This document shows positions 39,724 to 53,420 of a DNA stretch of 64,000 nucleotides, one piece after another. Where the stretch lies: assembly GCA_951406725.2 (NCBI GenBank), contig OX597814.1, forward strand, positions 62,372,001 through 62,436,000. The letters are read 5' to 3'. A model generated the notes under the pieces. It had not been told where the DNA came from. It saw nothing but the letters and a program-made list of their open reading frames with translations, and ran no database searches. The first letter of the stretch is position 1, and each line of letters starts with the position of its first letter. Source of the DNA: Octopus vulgaris. Its lineage: Eukaryota. The position numbers were made by a program, and so were the translations under genes.

Positions 39724-42066
39724 ATAAAAATGGTAAGACAACAAAAGAAAGAAAGAGACCTCGATATTATGTAAATACAGGAATTTTATCTGTAAATGTA
39801 ATATGTGACAATTATTCGGTAGCCATGATAAAACTCCGAGTTTCGGATGCCGAGGTGGAAATCCACGCCGCCATCTTTTCAGTTATCCGGCCATCGGAAA
39901 ATGCTATGAAAAATGACCGTTATACAAAGGGAAATTACAGTGTGATTGACCGTTATTAAGACAAAAGAGCTATTCGAGTGATCGCTAAGTAAGGGGGTAA
40001 AAAAGTTCATAGTATTCGCGTAAGCGCGCCTGTTCATACCTACACATGTGCGCCCGCATATCCACGTGCGTGTGCCTAAGAGTATACATTTCTCCACCCT
40101 TACTTGAAAACGTACACATCCTCACTCTCATCTTTCGCCAAATATATATGTATATACATACAAACCCACATTTACGCACGCGCACCCTAAAGGTTCATAC
40201 ACACGTCTATATACGCACAAGCACAAGAAAAAAACAGGGTTATGGGTAACAATACAGAAAAAAGGCACAAGGGAGTATACAAAGAGTAAACCACGTCAAT
40301 ATACGCACATACCCTTATGCACGCACACACACACGCCTATATATGCACATACCCGCACACGTCTATATACGCACACACACACGCACGCACAAAAAGGATC
40401 ATACATACATCTATATGCACACATACATAAGAAAAACAGGTCTAAGGGCAAAAATATAGTAAAAAGTGTAAAAACACTGGGTAAAATACGTCTATATCCG
40501 CACGTACTCGCATGCATGCACACACGCACACATCTATATACGCACATACCCGTGCACACGCACACATTCACACGCGCACAAAAGATTCCATATACACGTC
40601 CATATACGCACAGGGAAAAATGCGGGGTGGAAGGTAGAATACAGAAAAATTGTGTGTAAAAATATATAAGCATTAAACCTATAAATCAATATCTCTATAA
40701 ATATGTAAGAAATATATGTATAAAAAATATAAATAAAACAAGAAAATATGTAAGAAATATAAGTAAAAGGTATAAAGAGATAAAAAGCTTGTGCGTGAAC
40801 CTATATTGTGTCCACGCACAAGCTTTTTATCTCTTTATACCGTGATACTTTGGTGGATGGAATTAGTTACTGTCGTAGCTTAGTCTGAGGAGTAGGCCTA
40901 GTTCCCCTGTGCTGATCTTACAGAAATCTACTTTACTCTCACAGATTACCTGAATTCCTTTCTCCACAGTAAAATCTATGTCTATAAATTGGTAGAATGA
41001 AATCACATCCATACTACCCACTACACAACTTGTGAGGTCGTTGGAGTGGTTGCAAGTACTGATTTTACTGAAGAGATCTTCCGTGCTCGCGCAGACATCT
41101 GGAGACATCTCTATGAGAGGTCGTAATAACTGTGAGAGGAAGTAGCACAGTCTATAGTTGCTGGAGATATTCGCTCCGCAAACTGGTCTGGTTGGGGGTT
41201 CCATGACAGGGTTTATGTAGGTTTTGTGGTCTTTGCGTAACCCGTATAATGTAGGAACATCATTGTTGGATGCTTGGAAATTGTGTGGAGTTCTTTTCAT
41301 AGGTTGGAGTATGTTGCATCACATTTCCATGTGTGCATTGAGTTTTTCCACTCTTTCATGTTCCTGTGGTGCAACTTCTCTCATGCTACTGATGTGTTGT
41401 TGCATGGTCTGGATATAGTTCTGTGGGCTGTCTATTGACAATCTGCCAGACTTGTCCGTAGGGAGGCACACTAATTCTATGTTCCTTATTCGCTGTTTCA
41501 GTTTTTGTAGACCTTTGTCAAGAGATGAACTGAGTTGGTGGGTCCCCTCCTCACTATGTTTTTTTGTGGATTTCTTGTATCGGTCTAAGATATGTTGGAG
41601 TCTATTTCTAGCTAAGGAGATCTTTGCTTCTGTTTCGTTGTGAATTTGGAGTGGGATACATACCATTTCATTAAAGGGTACGTCTGTGGGGTAGATCATC
41701 GTCATGTCATAAGATTTGTTGTTAGGGTTATAGAAGACAGAGTGTAGAGTGTTGTTATCGTTGTGGTTGTTATAGTTGTTGTTATTGGTGGTGGTGGTAG
41801 TAGTGCTTGTGTTATGCCTATTGTTGTTATTGTTGTGGATGGTGTTGTTGATGTTGATGGTGTTGTTGGTAGAGGTGTGGATTAAAAAAAGTTGCAAGAT
41901 GCAACGAAAATTTTAGAAAAATAAAAAATAAATAAGTGGAAATTTTACCGGTGAGTGTGTTAAATTATAAGGCACAAAAAGAAAAGGACTCTCCCCAGAC
42001 ACAACCAAAAATGCTTCAACACACGAACTCACATAAAGAATCTTGTAAACCAAATCCCAAAGCGAA
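39720..42066 (-). mobile_element. Penelope-like retroelement remnant between (TA)n arrays
   Basis: In-frame ORFs 41319-41897 and 40863-41300: LPTDKSGRL, PTLYGLRKDHK, RPVCGA, VGSMDVISFY; hammerhead-like motif downstream at 39827-39887; inversion hairpin 40769-40841. Confidence 0.82.
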
Positions 42067-42097
<31 letters not shown>

Positions 42098-42209
42098 AGT
42101 GTGTGCGTTTATGCATGTATGTGTTTATGTGTGTGTGGTTGTGTGTATATGGGCTTATGTTGTTCATCGATGTATGTCGGTGAAGGGTATACTCATACAC
42201 ATAATATAC

Positions 42210-42261
<52 letters not shown>

Positions 42262-42389
42262 CGAATGTGTATACCTACATTATTATTTGACATTTTAATT
42301 GTTTTAACCCTGCAAAAAGTAGTTGGCAGGTATTAGAAAATAGCTAGTTTTAATTGGTTTTCTTTCATCAACCCAACATTTTTTATTAT

Positions 42390-43284
42390 TAATATTGATT
42401 TCAAATGTCGGCACCAAACCACCAATTTCAAAGGAGGCTGTAAGTCGATTACATTTACTCCAGTCTTTTTATTTTATTGACTTCCGAATAATAGAAGACA
42501 AAGTCAACCCAGAACGTAAAGTCGAAGTGATACATCTAAGCATTGTTTTGCAATGCAGTAACTATTCTGCCAGTTTGCCATCTTTGTAACCTGTATTAAG
42601 ATAACATGCCAACAAGGCGACGCACTGGCTGAATCATTAGCACTCCGGGCAAAATGCTTAGCGGCATTTCGCCTGCCTTTACGTTCTGAGTTCAGATTCC
42701 TCCATGGTCGACTTTGCTTTTTATCCTTTCGGGGTCGATAAAACAAATATCAGTTGAGCACTGGGGTCGATGTAATTGACTTAACCCCACCCCCAGAAAT
42801 TACTGGCCTCGTGCCAACATTTGAAATCAATAATACATGTCAACTTTGCCTTTCATCTTTTCGGAGGACAATAAAATAAGTTTCATTTGGGGATAATGTA
42901 ATTGACTTACACCTCCCCTGAAATTGCTGGCCCTGTGTCAAAATATGAAACCAATAATACATATAACTGGTACTCCGTCGCTGACGATGATGAGGGTTCC
43001 AGTTGACACGATCAATGGAACAGCCTGCTCGTGAAATTAACGTGCAAATGGCTGAGCATTGCACAGATACGCGTATCCTTCACATAGTTCTTAGGGAGAT
43101 TCAGCGTGGCACAGAATGTGATAAGGCTGATCTTTTGAAATAGAGGCATCACTCATTTTTGCCAGCTGAGTGAACAGGAGCAACGTGAAAAATAAAGGGT
43201 CTTGCTCAAGGACACAACGCACCGCCGGGAATCGAACTCGCGATCTTATGTGAGCCGAATACCCTAACTACTAAGCCACGCACC

Positions 43285-43286
<2 letters not shown>
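42390..43286. mobile_element. Cluster of four SINEs (A-, A+, partial A+, C-)
   Basis: Family A at about 42390-42580, 42615-42830 and 42840-42955; family C at 42965-43286. Confidence 0.85.
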
Positions 43287-43320
<34 letters not shown>

Positions 43321-43404
43321 AGAAAGTAAGTGAAAAGGTTTCACGACAAAATCTAAAATAGGAGTTAGTATTTGGTTCATCGATACTTAATTCTTTAAAC
43401 AAAG

Positions 43405-43600
43405 CAAATTTAGCTCCAGGTCAGCCTCCAATGGAGCAGACATATGATCAAAAACGTCCTACCCGTAACCACATCGTCTTTTTATATACATAAGACTATA
43501 TTAGCGATTGCGTCCTTTAAGACAAGTTGATGGGATTTGAGGGCATTTGGATGCTATTTCGCACAAGTCAAGCGATTACATTAAGACCTTTATATTGGTT
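43405..43600 (-). repeat. Interspersed repeat family E
   Basis: Homologous to 45825-46010, 53805-53995, 54040-54165 and 57430-57640 (CTGCTAGAAATAGC..GGGGCTAAAC(AAC)n). Confidence 0.6.
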
Positions 43601-44354
43601 TCGAAGTCCTTTAAAATGTTGACGGCTATGTTTTATATCCCAGATTTAAGACTGAACGTTATGAAGTTTGCAATAGAACAACCATAACAGACGTGGTATA
43701 TCTGCCTCTACTGAAAAGGGAATAACAATGACGATGGCGACAGCAACAACAACAACAACGACGACAGCATTTACAGTTAAACAAATTGCATGTGTTAGTC
43801 ATAGAAGCTATTTTTCTGTAAAGATAAACTCCTGAGACATGATTTATCTTTTCTGGCTTCTCACAGTACACATAATGAAAGTAAATATGCTAACATGATT
43901 TATCGTTAGCACATTTGCTTATATAACAAATACTGTTAGAGGTCAGAAACTTGAAAGAGTTAATACCGAAAAAAAAAAAAAAACTTAGTCAGGCAATGAA
44001 GAATACGTGGAGTGCTGTACTGCTGGAAAATAATATTAATAGCTTGGACGCTTGCATATAAACCATAAGCTAATAAGAGATAGGCGCACACGAATCGAGA
44101 CTACAATTTTAGTTTACCTTAGCGAGATATTTAATCACTGAGAGTGCACAAGCAGTCGGTGCTATGAGTTTTTGTCTCCATGAATTAAACAGCTAGTGAG
44201 AATGTATCTCGAATATAGCATATAAAGAATATTTTTACAACACAGGTTACCTCGCTGGACCTCCTTGTATTTCAGCGAGATATTAATCATTGGGAGTGCA
44301 CAGGTAGTCGGCGCTATGAGTCTATATCTTTCATCAATTAGTTGTTTTAGACAT

Positions 44355-44715
44355 TAGACTGCAGCCATGCTGGAGCACCGCCTTGAGGAATTTTAGTAGA
44401 ACGAATCGATTCTGGTACTTATTTTTTTTAAAGCCTGGTACTTATTGTATCGGCTCCTTCGGCCGAACCGCTAAGTTACGGAGACGTAAACACACCAACA
44501 CCGGTTGTCAAGCGGAGCGGGGGGGACATCAACATAGACACACACACACACACATACACAAAAGGTTTTTTTCAGTTTCCGTCTACCAAATTTGCCCACA
44601 AAGCTTTGGTCGGTCGGAAGCTATAGTAGAAGCTTGCCCAAAGTGCTACGCAGTGGGACTGAACCTGGAAGCATGTGATTGGGAAGCAAACTTCTTTGCA
44701 CACAGCCATGCCTGT
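44355..44715 (-). mobile_element. tRNA-derived SINE (family B)
   Basis: Reverse complement of the 5999-6367 family. Confidence 0.88.
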
Positions 44716-44867
44716 CATTAGATTGTTGGGTTGTATATAAATAGATCAGGAACGAACAGAGGCAAAAAGTGAATTTTCGAAATCTATCTCGGAGAAACAA
44801 CTGTATATATATATATATATACATACATACATATATGTATATTTTTGTGTGTGTATATATATATATA

Positions 44868-44990
44868 AGTTATCGCCATACTAATATGGCATTCTTATAA
44901 AAATAAGAATAAAGCTGTCCGCTTATTAGCTCCATGAGGACAGCTTTATTCTTATTTTTATAAGAATGCCATATTAGTATGGCGATAACT
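44868..44990. repeat. Perfect 53-bp inverted repeat with 17-bp loop between (TA)n arrays
   Basis: 44868-44920 is the exact reverse complement of 44938-44990. Confidence 0.95.
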
Positions 44991-45052
44991 AATATTTTCC
45001 GGGAACGCTGCCGTTGTTCTCTTTTAGAGAGACTTAGTAATTTTAATATTTC

Positions 45053-45146
<94 letters not shown>

Positions 45147-45721
45147 GTCTATACACATATGCACACACACATACATAGATACACACACATACGTACGGAA
45201 GGCAGATTTCCGCGCAGTTCTACCTACTAAATTCCACTCACGACTCATGAAGTATTGTTAAATCCGGTGCTGCTCATTGGGGCCAAACCCAAGGTTGAGA
45301 GGCGTACATTTTAACCTGGCAGCCAAATGCATTTACCATATTAATTGTTTAACACCACAGAAAATAGTTGCCAGTCATTCGAAAATAACTTTCATTTGTT
45401 TTCTTTCATCAGCTCAAAACTTTATACTAATTAGTTGACGGTAGATAAAAGTTAGATTGATTACAAGTTGTAGGCATTTCAATTGCTTTCAATGAATGGT
45501 GACACGACAGTCTTGGCTGACACGTTGACAATTCGTTAGATAATTAGAATTGTAATTGTGAGTCGGACAGGGGTTAACAAAATTCTTGAACTTTTCACAA
45601 ATTCTCATTAGTAATCTGCAACAGCAACAACAACAGCAAACAATAGCAACTGCAACAACAGCAGCAACAGCAGGAACGACATCAACGACACCAGCAGTAG
45701 TAGCAGTAGCAACATAAACAG

Positions 45722-45756
<35 letters not shown>

Positions 45757-46195
45757 CCACCACCACCACCACCACCACCATACCAAGAACAACAACAACA
45801 ACAACAACTGATGTATCCTCTACGTGGTCTTTCGAACTGCTAGAAACAGCAAACAAATTTTCCTAAATATCATACCCAAGTGACCCTAGTATCTTAGAAT
45901 AGGAAGAATATTTTGGGTAATGTAGTATTACATAAACGATGACGTAAAAATGAAGAATAGAGGCTTCCAACTAGCATAGCTTGACCTGGGTCTAACTTGG
46001 GGCTAAATACCAAAATATTTTTAGAATCCTCCTCTTATCATCACCACCACCGTCACCACCATCGTCATCACCACCACTACTCCCATCACCACCATGATCA
46101 TCATAATCATCAACACCACTACCACATTACTAAGTTACGGGATGTAAACAAACCAACGCCGGTTGTTAAGTGGCGATGGGGGACGCACAGATATA

Positions 46196-47276
46196 TTGGG
46201 TCATCCCATAAATAATACAGTTTTTTAATACTTCTTTTATTTTTCAGAATTTAATCTAAAATATACTCTCCTTCATTTTCGATAATGCTCTTCCATATCT
46301 CTGGTAGATTTGCAAGGCCCCTCTTCCAAAATTCACTTGTCTGTGACAAAAAATACTCCTCTAATACTGTTCTGACCTCGTCTACAGAATTCATATTTTT
46401 TCCGTCCAAATGATTTTCAAGACTGTGGAATAAATGATAATCAGATGGAGCAATGTCCGGTGAATATGGTGGGTGGGGCATCGTTTCCCATTCAAACTGC
46501 TCCAGCCTTTGGAATGTCATCCTCGCTGTATGTGGCCGAGCATTATCCTGATGGAAGAACACCTTTCATCTTGAAACCAAGATGGTCTTTTTCTTCTAGC
46601 GCTGACTTAAGTCGCTTAACACCTTACGTGGGTGAAGATCTTTAGCCTGGGATTCCGATGTTTCTCCTTTTCCTACACACTGTCTTCGGCGCTTGACATT
46701 TTTATAGAGAACCCATTTCTCGTCATCAGTTACTATTCGGTCCAAAAAGAGATTCATTCGTGAGACGTGACAGCAAAGAAGAGCACACATTCACTCCCTG
46801 CACGCGATTTGCTGACTTTTCCGATAGCACGCAGGTGTCATTGAATAGTTGAATGACCAAATCCAAGCTTCTCTGCGAGTTCCTCAATAGTTACGATGGG
46901 ATTTTGTTTCACCAGAGTTTGCCGGACGTCCTCGTGGAGCTCTACAGATTTTCCAGGAAGAGGCTCGTCTTCTAGGTTGTAGTTTCTGGATCGGAATTTC
47001 TGGAACCACCGTTGACACCGGCTTACACTTTCCGTTGCGTTTTTGCCTTTATTGAACTCATAAAGCAAAATATGCCGAATATGCTCCTGTGTCACCTCCA
47101 TTATCACTTTGAAACAATAACTGTTAAAATCGAACTGCACTCTTCAAAACTTGCACCAAGAATAAATACAAGGTAAAATTACAACCTGCTTTTATAGCAA
47201 GTTGATACAAGTAGTTTATCCCGTCCCTCTCCGACTTTTAGTTCATGCAATTGAAAAAACCGCATTATTTATGGGA
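46196..47276 (-). mobile_element. Mariner (DD34D) transposon, internally deleted
   Basis: TIRs TTGGGTCATCCCATAAATAAT / ATTATTTATGGGA; ORFs with IRHILLYEF, IVTDDEKWVLY, HQDNARPH, HPPYSPDIAPSDYHLF, EGEYILD*. Confidence 0.96.
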
Positions 47277-47438
47277 AAATAGCTAACGTTTTTTGGCTGC
47301 TATTTCTAAACTTCGGTATGTGGTAAAGCAAATCTTTGCTGAACCCTAATTATTAAGTATTACTTTTTTCATGCCGAATTCTACTTGGTGAAATTATTGA
47401 TTACTTCTTAATTAATTAATTTTACCCTTTTTTATTAT

Positions 47439-47506
<68 letters not shown>

Positions 47507-47759
47507 ACACACACACGATGAGCTTCTTTCAGCTTCCGTCTATCAAACTCACCGACAAGGATTTGGTTGGCTCGGGGTTATAGTAGTAGACACTTGCCCA
47601 TGGTACCACACAGTGGAACCCCGCTGTTGGGAAGCGAACGTCTTACCACACACCTACGCCTGCATCTCTATAATAAGAAAAACAAACACGGAAACGTATA
47701 ATAGATAATGCAGTCTGAAGTTGAAAAAAGGGGACGGTCATGGGCTGACCTGGTCTTGC

Positions 47760-48075
47760 ATCACCACCACAACCAGCACTACCAACACCACCACCAACGT
47801 CCCCACCACCACCACCAACGTCCCCACCACCACCACCAACGTCCCCAACACCACCACTACTATCACCATAATGATTATCACAATCAGCAGCATCACCTTC
47901 GCGACCCTCACTACCACCATTACCACCATCACCATTATCATCACCAACATCACCACGCCCACCAAGCCGATCAAGAAACCACGTCAGCATAACTTCAACC
48001 ATCGCCGCTCAATCATCACGACCATCATCACCATGACGACGATTACGACGACGACCACCACCACCAATAACAACA
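47760..48075. repeat. (ACC/ATC)-rich low-complexity array with about three 21-bp CACCACCACCAACGTCCCCAC units
   Basis: Directly visible. Confidence 0.85.
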
Positions 48076-48510
48076 GCAAGTCTGTCAATGTTGCTATTTC
48101 CAGCTGGTGGAGTCGAGATTGAAAGGCTAACTTCCTACTAAATAAAGTTGGAAATATGTTGATATTGAATTTCTGACAGAAGTAAAGTCTCATATAACGG
48201 AAAATGAGTTTAAATATTGCAAAGATGAAGTTCTGCGGGGAGAAGAAGTGAACGAAGTTATTAGTCTCAGGGTTCAAGAGTAGAAAGAGAAAAAGATAGC
48301 AATAGATCAAATTTAGACAAGTAGTAGCTGTTGTAGATGTAAAGTGACAGGAGGAGATAGAGCGAAAAAAGATGAGCAAGTAGGATATTGATGTTAGTAT
48401 ACGTTCGCGTATCAAGTGGATGACATTTTGTTTGGAGGTATTTTATAATAAGTTAGCACATATGAAAGTGAGAGGGAGAGATAGCTAGATAGCTAGATAG
48501 ATAGAGAGAT

Positions 48511-48580
<70 letters not shown>

Positions 48581-49196
48581 TTTGAGTCACCAACCTAAAA
48601 TTAGGAGAGATGTTCCGGTATGGGATCTTTATTTGTGTGGGATCTTCCCTTTGAGATAAGCTTAGATTTTGTCATTAAATTAAAACCCCAGCCTTTCTAA
48701 TACAACTTTGTTACGTGATGCAGTGTTGGTGAGGTCACCATGAGAACAAAATGTCTTACGTCTATATAAAAAAGTAATGTTCGCCTAAAAGAGTTGGTGC
48801 GAGTATTGAAGAGGAAGATTAAATCTAACAAGCGTGAGTCCGCGAACCGATTTCGATTCTCAGTTGAATTCACTTTACTTATTCTACCAATGAACAAATA
48901 AAAAGTGCGGACATCATAATATGGTGATGGTGGCGGTGATGATCATGATGGTGGTGGTGGTTATTTTGAAGATGAGGATGATGAGGAGAATGAGGTGAAG
49001 GAGGGGGATTTTCAAAATTTTATTGACCCAAGTCAACCCATTCTGGTTGGGAGCATCATTCTCCTCTTCTGTCTACTGTCACCCCAACTAAAATGTCACC
49101 CGGGATTAGATGTGGAACAGCGCGTCACCGGGAATTGAACTCATGAGCTTACGATTGTGAGCCGAAACTCTAACCACTAAACCACGGGTCTTCACT

Positions 49197-49392
49197 TTTG
49201 TCAAATGTAATGCTTATTTATTTCCACTGTTTTGAATTGATCATGCGCTGATAGCTTTGAGATTTCGATGATGTGATTATTTTAAAAATGATATTGTAGG
49301 GTAGGTGTGGGAGGCCAAATCTAGCTGATTTGAGACGAAACAGGTAGAACATTTAGCCGGATATGACAGATTTAAACAATAAAGGGTTCATT
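49197..49392 (-). mobile_element. piggyBac-type MITE remnant
   Basis: Ends in AAAGGGTTCA, close to the AAAGGG-TTAA terminus; other end missing; family known only from recall. Confidence 0.45.
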
Positions 49393-49799
49393 ACTATTCT
49401 GACTCGAGCCTGTTCCATCTATAAGTTAAAAAGATTTTTGTCATGAGTTCAGTTCCCGGTGACGCGCTGTGTCTCACATCTAATCTTAGCAGCGGTGAAA
49501 GTTATCAATCTAGGAGAGAGAAAACTCCTAAGTAAATACTCTCCTCCAAGATTCCCTGAGCCTGAATGGTTAAATATGGACGATGAAACTAACTTGAGGT
49601 ATGTCCAATAACATAGATTCATATTATGGAGGCAACTATCTCATGTTAGATAGTAAAGAATGATAATAAAATGTACAAGAGAGGTCGGCAAAATAGAGAG
49701 CGAGGCAAGCTTGTACTGAAATACAATAAAAGTTTATAAGATTGGAGAGGCAATGAGTGGCCTCATTGACATACATTTGAGAAGCGATCTGTTAGGGAA

Positions 49800-52700
49800 C
49801 TGTGATCGATTTAAGTTTATGGAGACAGTTCTAGTATTTACTGTAAAACGTTAAAAAGACATGGTGAAGTAGGCAGTAAACTAGAAATATTGAATAGATG
49901 TGTAAACGATATCAGGTTAACATTGAACCGCAATGGTAATAAATAATAGAGTCACTGATAAAATAATCTCTTTGATTAATGATTGTCTTTCTTTGAATGG
50001 AGAAAAGTATTTACGTGCTTTCAACATAGATTTTATGTCTTTGTTTAAATTGTTATAAAATGCTAAAGTAAGTAACATTTCTAATTTGGGATACAGTATT
50101 TAAACTATATTTCTGTGATGTTATGCAATAGACATGCATATAAAATCTCTCCCCCCCTCTCTCTATCTATCTCGTCAAGAGTGTTTTCATAGTCTAAATT
50201 CATGGAATCAGTGAAGGTTTGGCGTGCAGGTTATTGGTTGCAATGTGGCTGACGCTTGGTTGAGGAATATTAGAGAAGAAAAACGAAGAGTGATATCCCG
50301 ACTGAGTGTTTCTTTGATGCAACAATAAATAGGCCATTGGCGTATAGGAGGAAGAATGTAGGAGACAACCGAAACGTGGGATACACAAGAATATACAGAA
50401 TGTGGGACAGATGAACTATTAGCACATGTTGCTATAGTGCAATCTAATACGAAGGTACCAATCTAAAAGTTGAGAGATGGTTGGAGCCCACATGCAGGCA
50501 GCCTTGACTGAAGATTCGCATGCTAATCACAACCGAGGACAGACAATATTGCTTTGTCCAACTTTCTGTAGGGCAACTGATACCATTTGTAAGTAACACA
50601 GAAGAATAGGTCTCCAGTGGAGCTAGCTTTACAGAAGCTGTACTGGTCATCATTAAAAGAATGAGAAAAATTCAAGGGAATGGTGAAATCGTTGCTAATA
50701 GTTATCTCCATCAGCTTACAGATATTGGATGTAAGTGCGATTAGACGATAGTTGGTTGGATTATTGTGGTTGCTTTTCCTGGAAATGGAACACATTATGA
50801 GTTTCCAAACACAGAAATATATCCCGGTAGAGGAGAGATTGAAGAGCTTAGTAAGTATAGCTATGGGAGTATTATATGAGGGTAATGGAAGGTACATTAT
50901 TAGGGCTGGTGGCTTCGTTATTTGATGCAACCAGAGGTACATCCGCACTTAAAGTATATATGTGCAAGATGAAGAATTTGGTGAAGTGGAAAGGGAAATA
51001 TTTAAAGGATATTTACTAAGTTTTTGCAGTGCAGAGTTGGACGTAAAACGGACAGCGATGATTGAAGTTTTCTCTGAGAAATCATAATGACTGAAAAGTG
51101 GAGAAAAGTAGATTGTGTAAAGCTTGAGGGCTCCCTAACGCAAGAAGTATCCTTTCATAGTTAGATTAATCATTGTGCAAGAGTTCTGATACTGGATAAA
51201 CGCTGCTCAGATTTTGTGGGTGGGTGAATTTCTTCAAGGGTTGCAGGCCTTGTTTCTACTTGAACTGCGACAACGCAGTTGTAAACGGACCATTTTTTAG
51301 GACTCGAGGCACTGAATTTTGGTTGTGTACAGGCGTAACTGCCTCTGATAGGTCGGGAGTGAAGCACGTGTGCTGCCAGGGTTAATTAGCATGAAACTGG
51401 TGGAATTTCAGAGTTAGTTAAAGTGAAGAGCCAAAAGGAGGAGTTGTGTAGTTCACGAATGAGTGTTGGGTAGTCGCAATAAAGCAGTAATCAGACAACT
51501 CGATATATTCAGAGAGAGTTATAGTCTGGTAGAGTGTGGATTTAGAGGTGAAAAAGAGTGTTCGGAGTGTGTATGTTGGTCAACAATGTGTGTAGAGAAT
51601 AAAACAAGCTGATGTAGAGAGTTGAGGATCACAAAATATTCGGTTTCTGCACCGGCGACAACACAGGATGGCTTTGAGAGTCGCGAGAGTTGTGAGCATT
51701 GAATCACCAAGGATGATAACTTAAGAAATTGAGAGAGGGGTGAGTGAAATGTATGTCAGTGCGCAGAAGATATATTTGCAGAATTGTTGATAGTTGGGGG
51801 AGTTCAGAGGTTGGCAGAGGGAAGTGAGGGAGAGATTTTGACCAGAATAACTGGACGGTTTTGTTACTATAATGTCATTAAGAATGAAATGTTCGATTTT
51901 CTTACGCACCAAGTTTGACAGTCGTTAACTCTAATGTTTTATCCTGACAATTCTTTGTTTTACAACATTGAAGAGTTACATCACCACTTTTCGAAATGCA
52001 ATTCATGGTGTCTGATTATATTTTTGTGAACCCATGGATAGATAAAGAATTCGTGCTGTTTATGAATACGAATTTCGTCATGGAACCAATGCATCCTAAA
52101 CAGCTCGAAACATCAATGAGGTGTTTGGTGAAGATGTGGCGAATGAGCGCACTGTATGACGATGGTCTGAGAAGTTCCGGTCTGGTGACTTTACTCGTGA
52201 AAATCAGCCTCGTGGTAGACCTGAGACCAAGTTGGATAATGATGAGCTGGAAACTGTAGTGGAAGCAGATACATCTCAAATTACGTGTAAGTTAGCAGCA
52301 AGGTTTGATGTTTCGATTCCAACTGTACTGGACTATCTGAAACAAATCGGCAAGGTAAAGAAGCTAGACAAGTGAGTACCGTATGAGCTGAACGAGCATC
52401 AAATGATACGTCGTCTTGAAACTTGTTGTTCTTTGTTGTCACGGCATAAAAGCGAACCATTTTTGCATCGTATTGTTACGTGTGATGAAAAATGGATTCT
52501 TTTCAACAATAGCAAGCGCTCTGCACGGTGGTTGGATAGAGACGAAGTGCTAAAACATAACTAAAAAAAGGATATTCACTAAAAAAAGCTAATGGTGTCT
52601 GTTTGGTGGTCCAGCGCTGGTGTTATCCACTACAGCTTCATGAGACCTGGTAATACAATTACAGCGTATGTATATATCAACCAACTGGATGAAATGATAA

Positions 52701-53420
52701 GTGAACTTGCAATTAAACAACCAAGAATGGTCAATAGAGACAGGCCAATTCTCTTGCAAGACAATGCTTGACCACATATTGCACAAATAACGCTACTCAA
52801 GTTACAGGAACTGAACTTGGAAGTACTCTGTTGTTCATCATATTCACCAGACCTTGTACCAACTGACTATCACGTTTTCCAGGCATTAGACAAATTTTTG
52901 CAAGGAAAAACTTCAAATCTGAAGAAGATACAAAAACAGCCTTTCGTGATTTCATCACCTCATGGTCTTTGCTGCCGGCATAAATAAACTACCAGTAAAA
53001 TGGTAAAATTGTGTTGATAACTTAGGTGCATACTTTGATTAATTGCATCGGTTTTGTTGAGATAAAGAAAAATAAACTTTCAGTTCAAAATCGAACGTTT
53101 TATTCTTAATGACCTAATATTTTCTAGGTGATAGGGAGGAGTGGACTTTTAAAATGCGCAGATTCTACTTTCTGGAATGAAATTTGAGTTGGGAATATAG
53201 CCAAGATAGCAAAGATAATCTACAGGTAGGGTTTTAGAAATTTGTGCCTCGGAGAAGAATAGGATATAGAGTTTTTGTGCTAACAAGATGTAGAGGTTCT
53301 AGATTGGAGCAAAACCCACGGGTGTTAGATTATAGAATGTTTTTAGTATTTTGGGGAGGCTACAAGATAATGGTGCATCGAAAGGCAGAACCTTCCGTCC
53401 AAATTCTTGTAGCAGAATAA
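49800..53420 (-). mobile_element. Degenerate CR1/L2-group LINE (endonuclease + RT), interrupted by a mariner
   Basis: NTRGFCSNLE endonuclease start at about 53320; LTKLFNLS..NPTNYRLIALTSNICKLME and DQYSF RT motifs at 50523-50948. Confidence 0.75.
51870..53117 (+). mobile_element. Full-length mariner (DD34D, cecropia/Hsmar1-like) with disrupted transposase
   Basis: TIRs ..GTCATTAAGAATGAAATGTTCGATTT / AAATCGAACGTTTTATTCTTAATGACCTAA with TA flanks; YEYEFRHG, PRGRP, VPYEL, IVTCDEKWI, LQDNA, YSPDLVPTDYHVF. Confidence 0.95.

Noticed and set aside
41319-41321. In-frame TGA joining two Penelope ORFs, considered as selenocysteine readthrough (as in some Naiad PLEs)
   Set aside because: Context HMEM*CNIL fits a TGG>TGA nonsense change at a likely Trp; the element is truncated and no SECIS was identified
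47643-48122. Mucin-like Thr/His-rich ORFs
   Set aside because: Low-complexity ACC/ATC array open in several frames; no splice or domain support
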